From an uncultured Candidatus Saccharibacteria bacterium (GTDB taxonomy: Bacteria > Patescibacteriota > Minisyncoccia > Minisyncoccales > GBS-2), in assembly GCA_964593405.1 (NCBI GenBank), contig CAZQIO010000004.1, positions 1-33,788 on the forward strand: DNA of 33,788 bases, read 5' to 3'. Made by a program: the position numbers and the translations under genes. Under the pieces are notes generated by a model that saw nothing but the letters and a program-made list of their open reading frames with translations, was not told the origin of the DNA and did no database searches. This document shows, one piece after another, positions 24,300 to 33,689 of the stretch. Positions within the stretch are counted from its first letter, which is position 1. Every line of letters begins with the position of its first letter.

Positions 24300-24770
24300 A
24301 TGGGGAGAAGAAAACATAGAGTTAAAAGGGAAATACCGCCAGATCCAAAATACAACAGCCAGCTGGTCTCAAAATTCATAAATTATGTGATGAAAGATGG
24401 GAAAAAAACCATAGCCAGAAAAATAGTCTATGGGGCTTTTGACATTATAAAGGAAAAAACCAAAAAAGATCCTTTGGAAATTTTCCAAAAAGCCATTGAA
24501 AACGCTTCCCCCTCTTTAGAAGTTAGAGCAACAAGAATTGGGGGAGCGACTTATCAAGTACCAAGAGAAGTGCCCCCAGAAAGAAAAGTTGCTTTAGCAA
24601 TGAAATGGATAATTCTTGGAGCAAGGATGAAGCGAGGAAAACCAATGAAAGAAAAATTAGCAGAAGAATTAATCGCCGCAGCCAACAACGAGGGTTTTGC
24701 TGTCAAAAAGAAAGAAGATCTCCACAAAATTGCAGAGGCAAACAAAGCCTTTGCCCATTTTGCTTGGTAA
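24300..24770 (+). CDS. rpsG: 30S ribosomal protein S7
   Basis: [31 protein letters not shown].. and ..[14 protein letters not shown]. Confidence 0.95.
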   Translation: MGRRKHRVKREIPPDPKYNSQLVSKFINYVMKDGKKTIARKIVYGAFDIIKEKTKKDPLEIFQKAIENASPSLEVRATRIGGATYQVPREVPPERKVALAMKWIILGARMKRGKPMKEKLAEELIAAANNEGFAVKKKEDLHKIAEANKAFAHFAW

Positions 24771-24776
24771 AAATCT

Positions 24777-26864
24777 ATGCCCAGAAAATACCCAATAGAA
24801 AGAGTAAGAAATATTGGATTTATTGCCCACATTTCAGCAGGTAAAACTACGACAACTACCTGCGTTTTGTATTACACAGGTAAAATTCACAAAATCGGAA
24901 CTTTAGAAAAAGGAACCACTCCCCTAGATTGGATGATTCAAGAGAGAGAAAGGGCAATGACAATTATGGCAGCGGCAACTTCTTGCTATTGGAAAGTTGA
25001 GGGGAAAGAATACGAAATCAACATTATCGACACCCCAGGCCACATTGACTTTACCGCCGAAGTTCAAAGATCTTTGAGGGTTTTGGATGGAGCGATTGTC
25101 GTTTTTGATGGTTCTGCTGGGGTTCAATCTCAGTCAGAAACTGTCTGGCACCAGGCAAACAACTTTTCAGTTCCAAGAATTTGTTTTGTCAACAAAATGG
25201 ACAAAATCGGTGCTGACTTTCAAATGAATTTAGAATCAATCTGGCAAAGGTTAACTCCGAATGCTTTGCCTTTGCAATTGCCAATTGGAAAAGAAGAAAA
25301 TTTTGAAGGTTTGGTGGATTTGATTGAAATGAAGGCATTAAAGTTTGAGGGAAAAGAGGGAGAAATAAGAAGGGAACTTGAAATTCCAAAAGAAATGTTA
25401 CCCTTAGCTAAAGAGTGGAGAGAAAAACTTTTGGAAAAAATTGCCACAGAGGATGATGCCCTTTTGGAAAAATATCTTTCTGGAAAAGAAATTTTGCCAC
25501 AAGATATTAGGAGGGCAATCAGAAAGGCAACAATTTCTTGTAAATTTTTCCCGGTCTTTTTCGGTTCCCTTTTCAAAAGAATTGGGGTTTTGCCACTTTT
25601 GGATGCAATCTGTTGGTACCTTCCCAGTCCGATAGATTTGCCACCTGTAAAAGGAACAGACCCAAGAACTGGAGAAATTGTCGAAAGAAAACCCCTAGAA
25701 ACAGAACCCTTTTGTGCCTTAGCTTTTAAAATTCAGGCCGACCCTTACGTTGGAACTCTAACTTTCTTTAGAGTTTATTCTGGGAATTTAAAAAAGGGAT
25801 CTTATGTTTTAAACACAACGACAGGGGAAAAAGAGAGAATTGGAAGAATCTTGAGAATGCACGCCGACAAAAGGGAGGAAGTTGAAGAAGCTTTTGCCGG
25901 AGATATTTTGGCCACCGTTGGTTTGAAAAACACCCTAACCGGGCACACCCTTTGCGATGAAAAATATCCAATCGTTTTAGAAAAGCCAACCTTTCCAGAG
26001 CCTGTCATTTCTGCAAAAATTGAACCAAAAACAAAGAAAGATCAAGAAAGATTGAGCCAGGCCTTAAAAAAGCTTTCAGACGAAGATCCAACCTTTAAAA
26101 CAAGATACGATTCAGAGACTGGAGAGCTAATAATTTCTGGGATGGGGGAGTTGCATTTGGAAATTATTGCTGATAGATTAAAGAGAGAATTTAACGTTGA
26201 AGGAAAACTTGGCAAGCCACAGGTAGCTTACAAAGAAACAATAAAAGGAACGGCCGAAGCTGAAGGAAAATACATCAGACAATCTGGCGGAAGGGGACAG
26301 TACGGTCATGTGGTAATCAAAATTGAACCAAAAAAGAGGGGAGAAGGTTTTGAATTTGTCGACGCAATTAAAGGAGGGATAATTCCTAAAGAATTCATTC
26401 CGGCTGTTGAAAAAGGAGTCAAAGAGGCAATGGAAAAAGGAGTGTTGGCAGGATATCCGCTCGTTGATTTGAAAGTAACTTTGTTTGACGGTTCTTTTCA
26501 TGAAGTTGATTCTTCAGAGCTTGCTTTTAAAATTGCTGGGGCAATTGCTCTTCAAGAAGCAGCAAAGAAAGCAAACCCAACCTTACTGGAGCCGATAATG
26601 AAAGTGGAAGTGGTTACTCCTCAAGAATATTTTGGCGATGTTATTGCCGATCTTTCCAAAAGAAGAGGAAAAATTGAAGAAACAATAGATAGAATGCAAA
26701 CAAAAATAATTTTAGCCAAAGTTCCTTTAGCAGAAATGTTTGGCTATGCTACCGATTTGCGTTCCTTGACAAAGGGAAGAGCATCCTTTACAATGGAATT
26801 TGACAGTTACGAAGAAGTCCCACCGCATATTCAAAAAGAAATTATTGAAGGAAAAAGAAAATAA
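24777..26864 (+). CDS. fusA: Elongation factor G
   Basis: [29 protein letters not shown], and domains II-V. 695 aa. Confidence 0.95.
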   Translation: MPRKYPIERVRNIGFIAHISAGKTTTTTCVLYYTGKIHKIGTLEKGTTPLDWMIQERERAMTIMAAATSCYWKVEGKEYEINIIDTPGHIDFTAEVQRSLRVLDGAIVVFDGSAGVQSQSETVWHQANNFSVPRICFVNKMDKIGADFQMNLESIWQRLTPNALPLQLPIGKEENFEGLVDLIEMKALKFEGKEGEIRRELEIPKEMLPLAKEWREKLLEKIATEDDALLEKYLSGKEILPQDIRRAIRKATISCKFFPVFFGSLFKRIGVLPLLDAICWYLPSPIDLPPVKGTDPRTGEIVERKPLETEPFCALAFKIQADPYVGTLTFFRVYSGNLKKGSYVLNTTTGEKERIGRILRMHADKREEVEEAFAGDILATVGLKNTLTGHTLCDEKYPIVLEKPTFPEPVISAKIEPKTKKDQERLSQALKKLSDEDPTFKTRYDSETGELIISGMGELHLEIIADRLKREFNVEGKLGKPQVAYKETIKGTAEAEGKYIRQSGGRGQYGHVVIKIEPKKRGEGFEFVDAIKGGIIPKEFIPAVEKGVKEAMEKGVLAGYPLVDLKVTLFDGSFHEVDSSELAFKIAGAIALQEAAKKANPTLLEPIMKVEVVTPQEYFGDVIADLSKRRGKIEETIDRMQTKIILAKVPLAEMFGYATDLRSLTKGRASFTMEFDSYEEVPPHIQKEIIEGKRK

Positions 26865-26914
26865 AGTTAAAATTTTTTTTATTAAAGGTCAAAAAAACAA
26901 AAAAATAAAAACTT

Positions 26915-28114
26915 ATGGCAGAAAAAGAAAAATTCGTAAGAACAAAACCCCACTTGAACATTGGGACAATCGGCCACGTTGCCCATGGAAAAAGCACAAC
27001 TACCGCTGCTATCACTCATGTTTTAAGGTTGAAAGGTTTGGCTTCTCAAGAGGTTTCCGTTGAGGATTTGAATGCAGCACCAGAAGAAAAGGCCAGGGGA
27101 TTAACAATAATGGTTTCTCACGTCGAATATGAAACCGAAAAAAGACATTACGCTCATATCGATTGTCCTGGTCACGCAGACTATGTCAAAAATATGATTA
27201 CGGGCGCTGCCCAAATGGATGGAGCAATCCTGGTCGTTTCAGCAGTCGACGGAGTAATGCCCCAAACAAGAGAACACGTTTTGTTGGCAAAACAAGTTGG
27301 AATTCCAGCGATTGTAGTTTTTATCAACAAATGCGATGCGGTTGACTCTCCGGAGTTGATCAGTTTGGTTGAAAGTGAAGTAAGAGAACTTTTGAAAAAG
27401 TATGACTATCCAGGGGACGAAGTACCGGTAATTAAAGGTTCGGCCCTTAAAGCTTTGGAGGCAAAATCGCTGGATGATCCGGCGGTCAAACCAATTTTGG
27501 AGTTGGTGGAAGCCGTCGATTCTTATATTCCAGAGCCAAAGAGAGAAATTGAGAAACCGTTTTTGATGCCAATTGAAGACGTCCATTTGATTACCGGGAG
27601 AGGAACAGTAGTGACTGGGAGAATTGAAAGAGGAGTAATTCATCCTAATGAAGAAGTAGAAATAGTAGGACTCAGACCAACCATCAAAACAACTGTCGTG
27701 TCGATTGAAATGTTCAGAAAAGTTCTTGACGAGGGAAGGGCGGGAGATAATGTTGGAATCTTGTTGAGAGGGATAAAAAGAGAAGATGTTGAAAGGGGAC
27801 AAGTTTTAGCAAAGCCAGGAAGCATCACTCCCCACACAGAATTTGAAGCCCAGGTTTATGTTTTGACAAAGGAAGAAGGAGGAAGGCACACTCCATTTTT
27901 TTCTGGCTACAAACCCCAATTTTACTTTAGAACTGCCGATGTAACTGGAGAAGTGACATTGCCAGAAGGAACAGAAATGGTTATGCCGGGAGATACTGTT
28001 AATTTAAAAATTAAATTGATCGCTCCGGTGGCATTGGAAGAAAAACAAAGTTTTGCTATTAGAGAAGGTGGAAAAACAATTGGGGCTGGAATAGTTACAA
28101 AAATTATCAAATAA
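26915..28114 (+). CDS. tuf: Elongation factor Tu
   Basis: [30 protein letters not shown]. 399 aa. Confidence 0.96.
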   Translation: MAEKEKFVRTKPHLNIGTIGHVAHGKSTTTAAITHVLRLKGLASQEVSVEDLNAAPEEKARGLTIMVSHVEYETEKRHYAHIDCPGHADYVKNMITGAAQMDGAILVVSAVDGVMPQTREHVLLAKQVGIPAIVVFINKCDAVDSPELISLVESEVRELLKKYDYPGDEVPVIKGSALKALEAKSLDDPAVKPILELVEAVDSYIPEPKREIEKPFLMPIEDVHLITGRGTVVTGRIERGVIHPNEEVEIVGLRPTIKTTVVSIEMFRKVLDEGRAGDNVGILLRGIKREDVERGQVLAKPGSITPHTEFEAQVYVLTKEEGGRHTPFFSGYKPQFYFRTADVTGEVTLPEGTEMVMPGDTVNLKIKLIAPVALEEKQSFAIREGGKTIGAGIVTKIIK

Positions 28115-28117
28115 GCA

Positions 28118-28447
28118 ATGGAAAGGCAAAAAGAAGAAGTCAAAAAACCAAAAATTAGAATAAAATTAAAAGCTTACGACCACAAAGTTATCGATGCTTC
28201 GGCAAGACAGATAATTGAAATCATTGAAAGATACGGAGGTCAGGTTAAAGGACCAATCCCTCTGCCTACCGAAATTCATCGCTACACTGTCAATCGAGAT
28301 GCATTTGTTCATAAAGACTCTCGAGAGCAGTTTGAAATTAGGATTCACAAAAGATTGATCGAGGTTGAAGGTTTAACCCAAAGAATGATTGACGCTTTGC
28401 AAAACCTTGCTTTGCCAGCAGGGGTCGATATTGAAATTAAGATGTAA
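28118..28447 (+). CDS. rpsJ: 30S ribosomal protein S10
   Basis: [22 protein letters not shown].. and ..[11 protein letters not shown]. Confidence 0.95.
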   Translation: MERQKEEVKKPKIRIKLKAYDHKVIDASARQIIEIIERYGGQVKGPIPLPTEIHRYTVNRDAFVHKDSREQFEIRIHKRLIEVEGLTQRMIDALQNLALPAGVDIEIKM

Positions 28448-28453
28448 TTTTAG

Positions 28454-28488
28454 CGGGCATTAACCTGAAAAATGTCGGGTTAATCCCG
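28454..28488 (+). promoter_or_regulatory. Alternative (antiterminator-like) hairpin, mutually exclusive with the terminator hairpin
   Basis: CGGG(c)ATTAACC at 28454-28465 pairs with GGTTAATCCCG at 28478-28488, giving 11 bp with one bulged C. It uses bases from both arms of the 28468-28496 hairpin. Confidence 0.4.
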
Positions 28489-28500
28489 ACATTTTTGTTT
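28468..28500 (+). terminator. Intrinsic-terminator-like hairpin between rpsJ and rplC
   Basis: AAAAATGTCGGG-TTAAT-CCCGACATTTTT forms a perfect 12-bp stem with a GC core, followed by a T-rich tract (TTTTTGTTT). Confidence 0.5.
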
Positions 28501-28506
28501 AAAACC

Positions 28507-29112
28507 ATGAAATTTATATTAGGAAAAAAAATCAGAATGACTCAAGTTTTCAAAGAAGATGGAGAAGTTGTGCCTGTGACCGAAGTTTTGGCAGGACCAT
28601 GTTTTGTTACTCAAATTAAAACTAAAGAAAAAGATGGTTATGAAGCTATCCAAATTGGTTTTGAAAAATTGAAAGAAAAAAAAATTACAAAGTCAAAAAG
28701 AAAAAAACCGTTTAGGTATTTGAAAGAATTTCGGGGGAAAACTCTGAAAATTGAAGATTTCAAAGTTGGCCAAGAAATTAATGTTTCTGTTTTCAAAGAG
28801 GGAGATTTAGTGACAGTTTCTGGAATTTCAAAAGGAAAAGGATTTGCCGGAGGAGTGAAAAGATGGGGGTTTGCTGGAAGACCGGCAACTCATGGAACAA
28901 AGCACGAAGAAAGGACGATAGGGTCTGCAGGCTCTTCAACTCCTTCAAGAGTTATTAAAGGCAAAAAAATGCCAGGACATGCTGGGCAAAAAAGAGTGAC
29001 GATTAAAAATTTAGAAATTGTCAAAGTAGATCCAGAAAAAAATTTGTTATACATTAAAGGTTCAGTCCCGGGATCCAGGGGGACATTACTTGAAATTAAA
29101 ACAGAAAAATAA
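28507..29112 (+). CDS. rplC: 50S ribosomal protein L3
   Basis: MKFILGKKIRMTQVF.. The ATG at 28507 is preferred over the TTG at 28495, which lies inside the hairpin. Confidence 0.94.
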   Translation: MKFILGKKIRMTQVFKEDGEVVPVTEVLAGPCFVTQIKTKEKDGYEAIQIGFEKLKEKKITKSKRKKPFRYLKEFRGKTLKIEDFKVGQEINVSVFKEGDLVTVSGISKGKGFAGGVKRWGFAGRPATHGTKHEERTIGSAGSSTPSRVIKGKKMPGHAGQKRVTIKNLEIVKVDPEKNLLYIKGSVPGSRGTLLEIKTEK

Positions 29113-29113
29113 A

Positions 29114-29758
29114 ATGGAATACGAAGTTTACAACCAAGATGGAAATTTAGTTGAGAAAATTGAGCTACCAAAAGAGATTTTTGAAGTCAAATTTAATCCA
29201 GATTTGGTTTGGCAAGTGACAGTTTCTCAGATGGCAAACAAAAGAGCCCCAATTGCTCACACAAAAACGAGAAAAGAGGTTTCAGGTTCTGGAAGGAAAA
29301 TTTGGCCCCAAAAACACATGGGAAGGGCAAGGCACGGCGACATTAGGGCTCCGATTTTTAGGCACGGAGGAGTAGCTCACGGTCCAAGGAAAGAAAGGAT
29401 TTTAAAAAAGCGGGTTCCAAAGAAAATGAAAAGAAAGGCCCTTTTGATGGTTTTATCTCAAAAAGCAAAGGATAAAGAATTGATTTTGCTTGACGATTTA
29501 AAATTGGAAAAACCAAAGACAAAACTTTTTGCAAAAATTTTAAAAAATTTGAGAGAAAAAATTGAAAATTTCAAAAGAGGAAGCGTTTTAGTGGCAATAC
29601 CACAAAAAGATGAAAGTTTGATTTTGGCAGCTAGGAATTTACCAAAAGTTTCAATAATGGAAGCTAGGAATTTGAATTGTCTTGAAATTTTAAATCACAA
29701 ATTTTTGCTAATGCCAAAAAAGTCGATTGAAAAAATAAAAGAAACGTTTTTAAAATGA
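29114..29758 (+). CDS. rplD: 50S ribosomal protein L4
   Basis: MEYEVYNQDGNLVEKIELPKEIF.. and ..GSGRKIWPQKHMGRARHGDIRAPIFRHGG. It starts 1 nt after the rplC stop. Confidence 0.94.
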   Translation: MEYEVYNQDGNLVEKIELPKEIFEVKFNPDLVWQVTVSQMANKRAPIAHTKTRKEVSGSGRKIWPQKHMGRARHGDIRAPIFRHGGVAHGPRKERILKKRVPKKMKRKALLMVLSQKAKDKELILLDDLKLEKPKTKLFAKILKNLREKIENFKRGSVLVAIPQKDESLILAARNLPKVSIMEARNLNCLEILNHKFLLMPKKSIEKIKETFLK

Positions 29759-30027
29759 GAGAAATAATCAAAAGGCCAATTTTAACAGAAAAAGCAAAAG
29801 AGCTCGCAAAATTGGGGCAATACACTTTTGAAGTTGAAAAAGATGTGACAAAATCTGAAATTAAAAGGAAAATTGAAGAAACTTTTGGAGTTGAGGTTGA
29901 AAAAGTGAGGATAATTAAGGTTCCATCAAAAAAAAGAGTTTTTAGGGGTTTTTTGGGAGAAAAAAAAGGATACAAAAAGGCAATCGTTAAATTGAAAAAG
30001 GGACAAAAAATAGAAATTTTTGAATAA
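29755..30027 (+). CDS. rplW: 50S ribosomal protein L23
   Basis: [16 protein letters not shown].. with an ATGA overlap with rplD. Confidence 0.93.
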   Translation: MREIIKRPILTEKAKELAKLGQYTFEVEKDVTKSEIKRKIEETFGVEVEKVRIIKVPSKKRVFRGFLGEKKGYKKAIVKLKKGQKIEIFE

Positions 30028-30028
30028 T

Positions 30029-30814
30029 ATGTTAACAAAGGAAATAAAAAAAATCATAACAAAAAAAGAGCCAGAGAAAAAACTTTTGGCCCCAAAAAAG
30101 AAAAAGGCTGGAAGATCAACCCAGACAGGCCAAATTACTGTCAGGCACAGAGGTGGTGGAGTAAAAAGGCTTTATCGAATTGTTGATTTTGGCCAAGAAA
30201 AAATTGGAATTCCTGGAAAAGTTTTAGCAATAGAGTACGACCCAAACAGAACTGCTCTTTTGGCTTTGGTTGAATATGAAGATGGGGACAAGCGTTATGT
30301 TTTGGCCCCCCACGGAATAAAAGTCGGGGAAGAAATAATTTGTGCTGAAAAGGCAGAAATTAAAATCGGAAACAGAATGAAACTAAAGAATATTCCCATT
30401 GGAACTCAGGTTTTCAATGTTGAGTTAATTCCTGGAAAGGGTGGAAAAATTGTCAGAGCGGCTGGAACCTCTGCCAAAGTTTTGGGCCAAGAAGGAGAAT
30501 ACACAATTTTGGAATTGCCATCTAAGGAAAAGAGAAAGGTTTTTTCTGAATGCTTTGCAACAATAGGTCAAGTTTCCCACCCAGATCACAAATACGAAGA
30601 TATTGGAAAGGCAGGAAGAGTAAGATTGAAAGGTTGGAGGCCAACTGTTAGAGGAAAGGCAATGAACCCAGTAGATCATCCACATGGTGGGGGGAAAGGA
30701 AAGGCTCCAATTGGCATGCCCTATCCAAAAACTCCTTGGGGAAAGCCGGCAAAATTTGTCAAAACAAGAAAGAAAAAATGGACAGACAAATTGATAATTG
30801 AAAGGGCAAAATAA
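30029..30814 (+). CDS. rplB: 50S ribosomal protein L2
   Basis: [21 protein letters not shown] and ..[14 protein letters not shown]. The ATG at 30029 is 1 nt after the rplW stop. The TTG at 30020 is an alternative start. Confidence 0.94.
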   Translation: MLTKEIKKIITKKEPEKKLLAPKKKKAGRSTQTGQITVRHRGGGVKRLYRIVDFGQEKIGIPGKVLAIEYDPNRTALLALVEYEDGDKRYVLAPHGIKVGEEIICAEKAEIKIGNRMKLKNIPIGTQVFNVELIPGKGGKIVRAAGTSAKVLGQEGEYTILELPSKEKRKVFSECFATIGQVSHPDHKYEDIGKAGRVRLKGWRPTVRGKAMNPVDHPHGGGKGKAPIGMPYPKTPWGKPAKFVKTRKKKWTDKLIIERAK

Positions 30815-30815
30815 C

Positions 30816-31154
30816 ATGCCAAGATCACTAAAAAAAGGTCCATACGTTGATCAAAAACTTTTAAAAAAGGTTTTAAAGTTGAAAGCAGAAAAGAAAGATA
30901 CACCGATTAAGACTTGGGCCAGAGATTGCACAATAATTCCAGAGTTTGTTGGAATAACCTTTTTAGTCCACAACGGAAGGGATTTTATTCCAGTTAAAGT
31001 CAGAGAAGAAATGGTTGGCCACAAGCTCGGAGAGTTTGCTCCAACAACGAAGTTTGTTAGACACGGTGGAAGAATGCAAAGAGAATTGGAAGCAAAAGAG
31101 AAAGCAAAAATGGCAGAAAAATTGAAAGAGGAAAAAGAAAAAGGTCAACAATGA
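30816..31154 (+). CDS. rpsS: 30S ribosomal protein S19 (with Lys/Glu-rich C-terminal extension)
   Basis: [12 protein letters not shown].. and ..[26 protein letters not shown]. The ATG at 30816 is 1 nt after the rplB stop. Confidence 0.94.
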   Translation: MPRSLKKGPYVDQKLLKKVLKLKAEKKDTPIKTWARDCTIIPEFVGITFLVHNGRDFIPVKVREEMVGHKLGEFAPTTKFVRHGGRMQRELEAKEKAKMAEKLKEEKEKGQQ

Positions 31155-31170
31155 AGCGTAATGAACACGT

Positions 31171-31509
31171 ATGGAGGTAAAAGCTCACTTGAGATATTTG
31201 AGAATTGCACCAAGGAAAGTAAGATTAGTTGCCGATTTAATTAGAGGGAAAAAAGTTGAAGAAGCAGAAAGGATTTTGAATTTTACGACAAAAAGAGCGG
31301 CCCTGCCAATTTTGAAACTTTTGAAATCTGCAATAGCCAACGCAGAACATAATTTTAATTTGAAAAAAGAAAATTTGTTTGTTTCAAAAATTTTAGTTGG
31401 AGAAGGACCAAGGTTAAAAAGAATTTTCCCAAGGGCAAGGGGCAGGGCCGACATTCGCCAAAAGAAAATGTCCCATGTGACAATTGTTTTAGAAGAAATA
31501 AAAAAATAA
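31171..31509 (+). CDS. rplV: 50S ribosomal protein L22
   Basis: [28 protein letters not shown].. Confidence 0.94.
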   Translation: MEVKAHLRYLRIAPRKVRLVADLIRGKKVEEAERILNFTTKRAALPILKLLKSAIANAEHNFNLKKENLFVSKILVGEGPRLKRIFPRARGRADIRQKKMSHVTIVLEEIKK

Positions 31510-31510
31510 C

Positions 31511-32149
31511 ATGGCTTTCAAAGCCCATCCAAAAGGATTAAGGTTGGGGAGAATGGAAAGTTGGGATTCTCGAGGATTTTATGAGAAAAATTTTGCCTCC
31601 TGGCTGGAGGAGGATTTTAAAATTAGAGAATTTTTGAAAGAGAAATTTGACCCCCTAGCTCTAGAAAGAATTGAAATTGAAAGATCGCCAGGAAAAATAA
31701 ATTTGATTATTAACACGCCAAGGCCAGGTTTGATAATCGGAAGGGGAGGGCAAGATGTAGAAAAATTGAAAGAGGAAATAGAAAATAAAATTTTAAAAAG
31801 AAAAGGAGAATTAAGAATTGAAGTCAGGGAAGTCAAAAACCCTTGGCTTTCTGCAACTTTGGTTGCAAAGTGGATGGCACAACAAATTGAAAAAAGAGTT
31901 CCTTATCGAAGAGTTTTAAAGCAGGCTTTGGCCAGGGTTTCTTCTCAAAAGGGAGTTCAAGGAGTGAGGGTTCAACTTCAAGGAAGATTAGATGGAGTAG
32001 AAATTGCCAGAAAAGAGTGGTTGCAATGGGGAAGGCTGCCAAGGCAAACTTTAAGGTCTGACATTGATTATGGGGAAGCGACCGCTTTTTGCACTTACGG
32101 AACTGTTGGAGCCAAAGTTTGGATTTACAAGGGAGAAAAATTTGAATAA
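31511..32149 (+). CDS. rpsC: 30S ribosomal protein S3
   Basis: HPKGLRLG.., a KH domain (IIGRGGQDVEKLK) and a C-terminal domain. Confidence 0.94.
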   Translation: MAFKAHPKGLRLGRMESWDSRGFYEKNFASWLEEDFKIREFLKEKFDPLALERIEIERSPGKINLIINTPRPGLIIGRGGQDVEKLKEEIENKILKRKGELRIEVREVKNPWLSATLVAKWMAQQIEKRVPYRRVLKQALARVSSQKGVQGVRVQLQGRLDGVEIARKEWLQWGRLPRQTLRSDIDYGEATAFCTYGTVGAKVWIYKGEKFE

Positions 32150-32152
32150 AAT

Positions 32153-32563
32153 ATGGCTTTAATTCCAAGCAAAACAAAATACAGAAAGCAACAAAGAGAC
32201 AGAGGGTTTCAGGGAGTAGAAACTAGGGCAAACAAACTTTGCTTTGGTTCTTTTGGCTTGAAAGCCCTAGAGTCAAAATGGGTCACTGAAAAACAAATCG
32301 AAGCAGCCAGAAAAATAATTTTGAAATATTTAAAAAAAGAAGGGAAACTTTGGATTAGAATTTTTCCTGACAAACCAATTACTTCAAAAGGAGTTGAGTT
32401 TTCAATGGGAGGAGGAAAGGGAGATGTGGTAGGTTGGGTTGCTCCGGTCAAAGCAGGAAGGATTTTGTTTGAAATAGACGGAATCGATGAAAATTCTGCA
32501 AGAGAAGCTTTGAGGAAAGCAAGGGCAAAACTTCCCCTAAAAACAAAGTTTGTAAAAAAATGA
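32153..32563 (+). CDS. rplP: 50S ribosomal protein L16
   Basis: PSKTKYRKQQRDR..FGSFGLKALE.. and ..MGGGKGDVVGWVAPVKAGRILFEI. Confidence 0.95.
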   Translation: MALIPSKTKYRKQQRDRGFQGVETRANKLCFGSFGLKALESKWVTEKQIEAARKIILKYLKKEGKLWIRIFPDKPITSKGVEFSMGGGKGDVVGWVAPVKAGRILFEIDGIDENSAREALRKARAKLPLKTKFVKK

Positions 32564-32754
32564 AAGCAGTGGAATTAAGAAAAAAAGAAAAAGAGGAGTT
32601 GGAAAAAATTTTGGATGAAAAGAGAAAAGAACTTCAAAATTTAAAGTTTGATTTGGCATTGGGAAAATTGAAAAATTACAAAAAAATAAAAGAGACAAAA
32701 AAAGACATTGCCAGGATTTTAACTATCCTTAGAGAAAGAGGTATAAAAAAATAA
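32560..32754 (+). CDS. rpmC: 50S ribosomal protein L29
   Basis: 64-aa helical protein (ELRKK..EEL..EL.NLKF) at the canonical position, with an ATGA overlap with rplP. Confidence 0.9.
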   Translation: MKAVELRKKEKEELEKILDEKRKELQNLKFDLALGKLKNYKKIKETKKDIARILTILRERGIKK

Positions 32755-32755
32755 C

Positions 32756-33016
32756 ATGCCAAAAAAACAATTTGTCGGAATTGTAATTTCAGACAAAATG
32801 CAAAAAACCGTCACTGTTTTGGTTGAGAAAGTAAAAAGGCATCCCCTTTACAAAAAAACAATAAAAGTTAGAAAAAAATATCATGCCCACGATGAAAGGC
32901 AAGAATGTAAAGTTGGGGATAAAGTTTTAATCGAAGAATGCCGACCAATTTCAAAAACAAAAAAGTGGAGAGTGGTTAAAATTTTAGAAAGAACAACTGA
33001 AAGAACATCCCATTGA
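32756..33016 (+). CDS. rpsQ: 30S ribosomal protein S17
   Basis: [60 protein letters not shown]. Confidence 0.95.
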   Translation: MPKKQFVGIVISDKMQKTVTVLVEKVKRHPLYKKTIKVRKKYHAHDERQECKVGDKVLIEECRPISKTKKWRVVKILERTTERTSH

Positions 33017-33116
33017 GGAAGGGAGTCGGGGAACCCCACGGTTTTTAAAGAGCGAGCCCGAAGGTCGCCGAAGGCGACCGCTGGCAGGAATCTGCCAGAG
33101 AGGGCGAGCGAAAAAC
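33017..33116 (+). ncRNA. GC-rich structured spacer between rpsQ and rplN, identity unknown
   Basis: 62 of 100 nt are G+C by hand count, in an AT-rich background. Two adjacent perfect 7-bp hairpins are present: GGTCGCC-GAA-GGCGACC at 33063-33079 and CTGGCAG-GAAT-CTGCCAG at 33081-33098. They are bracketed by the direct repeat AGAG(C/GG)CGAGC(CC)GAA at 33049-33062 and 33099-33112. Confidence 0.45.
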
Positions 33117-33128
33117 TTGACCACTAAT

Positions 33129-33500
33129 ATGGTTCAAATGAAAACAAAATTAAAAGTGGCAGACAACACAGGAGTAAAAATTGTCCAGGTAATTGGTGTT
33201 TTGGGAAGACCAAATCAAAAATATGGAAGAGTTGGGGATGTTGTAGTTTGCGTTGTCAAGGAGGCAGAGCCCAGGAGAGAAATTAAAAAGCACGATATAG
33301 TTAGAGCGGTAATTGTCAGAACAAAAAAAGAAATCAGGAGGAAAGATGGAACTTATGTTAGGTTTGATGACAACGCCTGTGTGATCATTGACCCAAAAAC
33401 AAAAGATCCCAAAGGAACGAGAATCATTGGACCGATTGCAAGAGAAGTTAAGGAAAAAGGTTTTGAAAAAGTCGCAGCATTGGCAGAAGAGATAGTGTGA
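33129..33500 (+). CDS. rplN: 50S ribosomal protein L14
   Basis: [17 protein letters not shown].. and ..[37 protein letters not shown]. The ATG at 33129 is preferred over the TTG at 33117. Confidence 0.94.
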   Translation: MVQMKTKLKVADNTGVKIVQVIGVLGRPNQKYGRVGDVVVCVVKEAEPRREIKKHDIVRAVIVRTKKEIRRKDGTYVRFDDNACVIIDPKTKDPKGTRIIGPIAREVKEKGFEKVAALAEEIV

Positions 33501-33670
33501 ACGCTTCGGCAATTGCTCGCGAGAGCACGGCGTCGGTCGTTTTGTAGCAGTTCAAGTTTTTTCCCGGCCGCGCGAAGTTACTCGCCGAGCCTCACAAATG
33601 CCCCCGTTGAAATTCAAGTTTTTACGGAGCTCGGCTGCGCAATGCTCTCGCTCGCAATTTGCCTCGCTAA
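33501..33670 (+). ncRNA. GC-rich structured RNA domain downstream of rplN, identity unknown
   Basis: A long-range helix pairs 33508-33527 with 33643-33663: 9 bp, a 2x2 internal loop, then about 9 bp with one bulge. It encloses a nested 7-bp helix GCCGAGC (33584-33590) / GCTCGGC (33629-33635). A GNRA-capped local stem TGCTC-GCGA-GAGCA is also present. No plus-strand ORF. Confidence 0.45.
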
Positions 33671-33689
33671 AAATTAAAAGGTTATATTG

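Noticed and set aside
26800-27063. An 87-aa plus-strand ORF bridging the fusA end and the tuf start.
   Set aside because: It is out of frame with and overlaps two highly conserved genes, and its Lys/Arg-rich translation derives from A-rich spacer. Spurious.
33017-33116. 23S rRNA fragment. GGCGAGCGAA at 33104-33113 and GGGGAACCCCA at 33028-33038 resemble conserved 23S domain I strings, as I remember them from E. coli.
   Set aside because: The intervening highly conserved 23S sequence (GAACUGAAACAUCUAAGUA) is absent and the spacing is wrong. Short GC-rich matches of this size can arise by chance.
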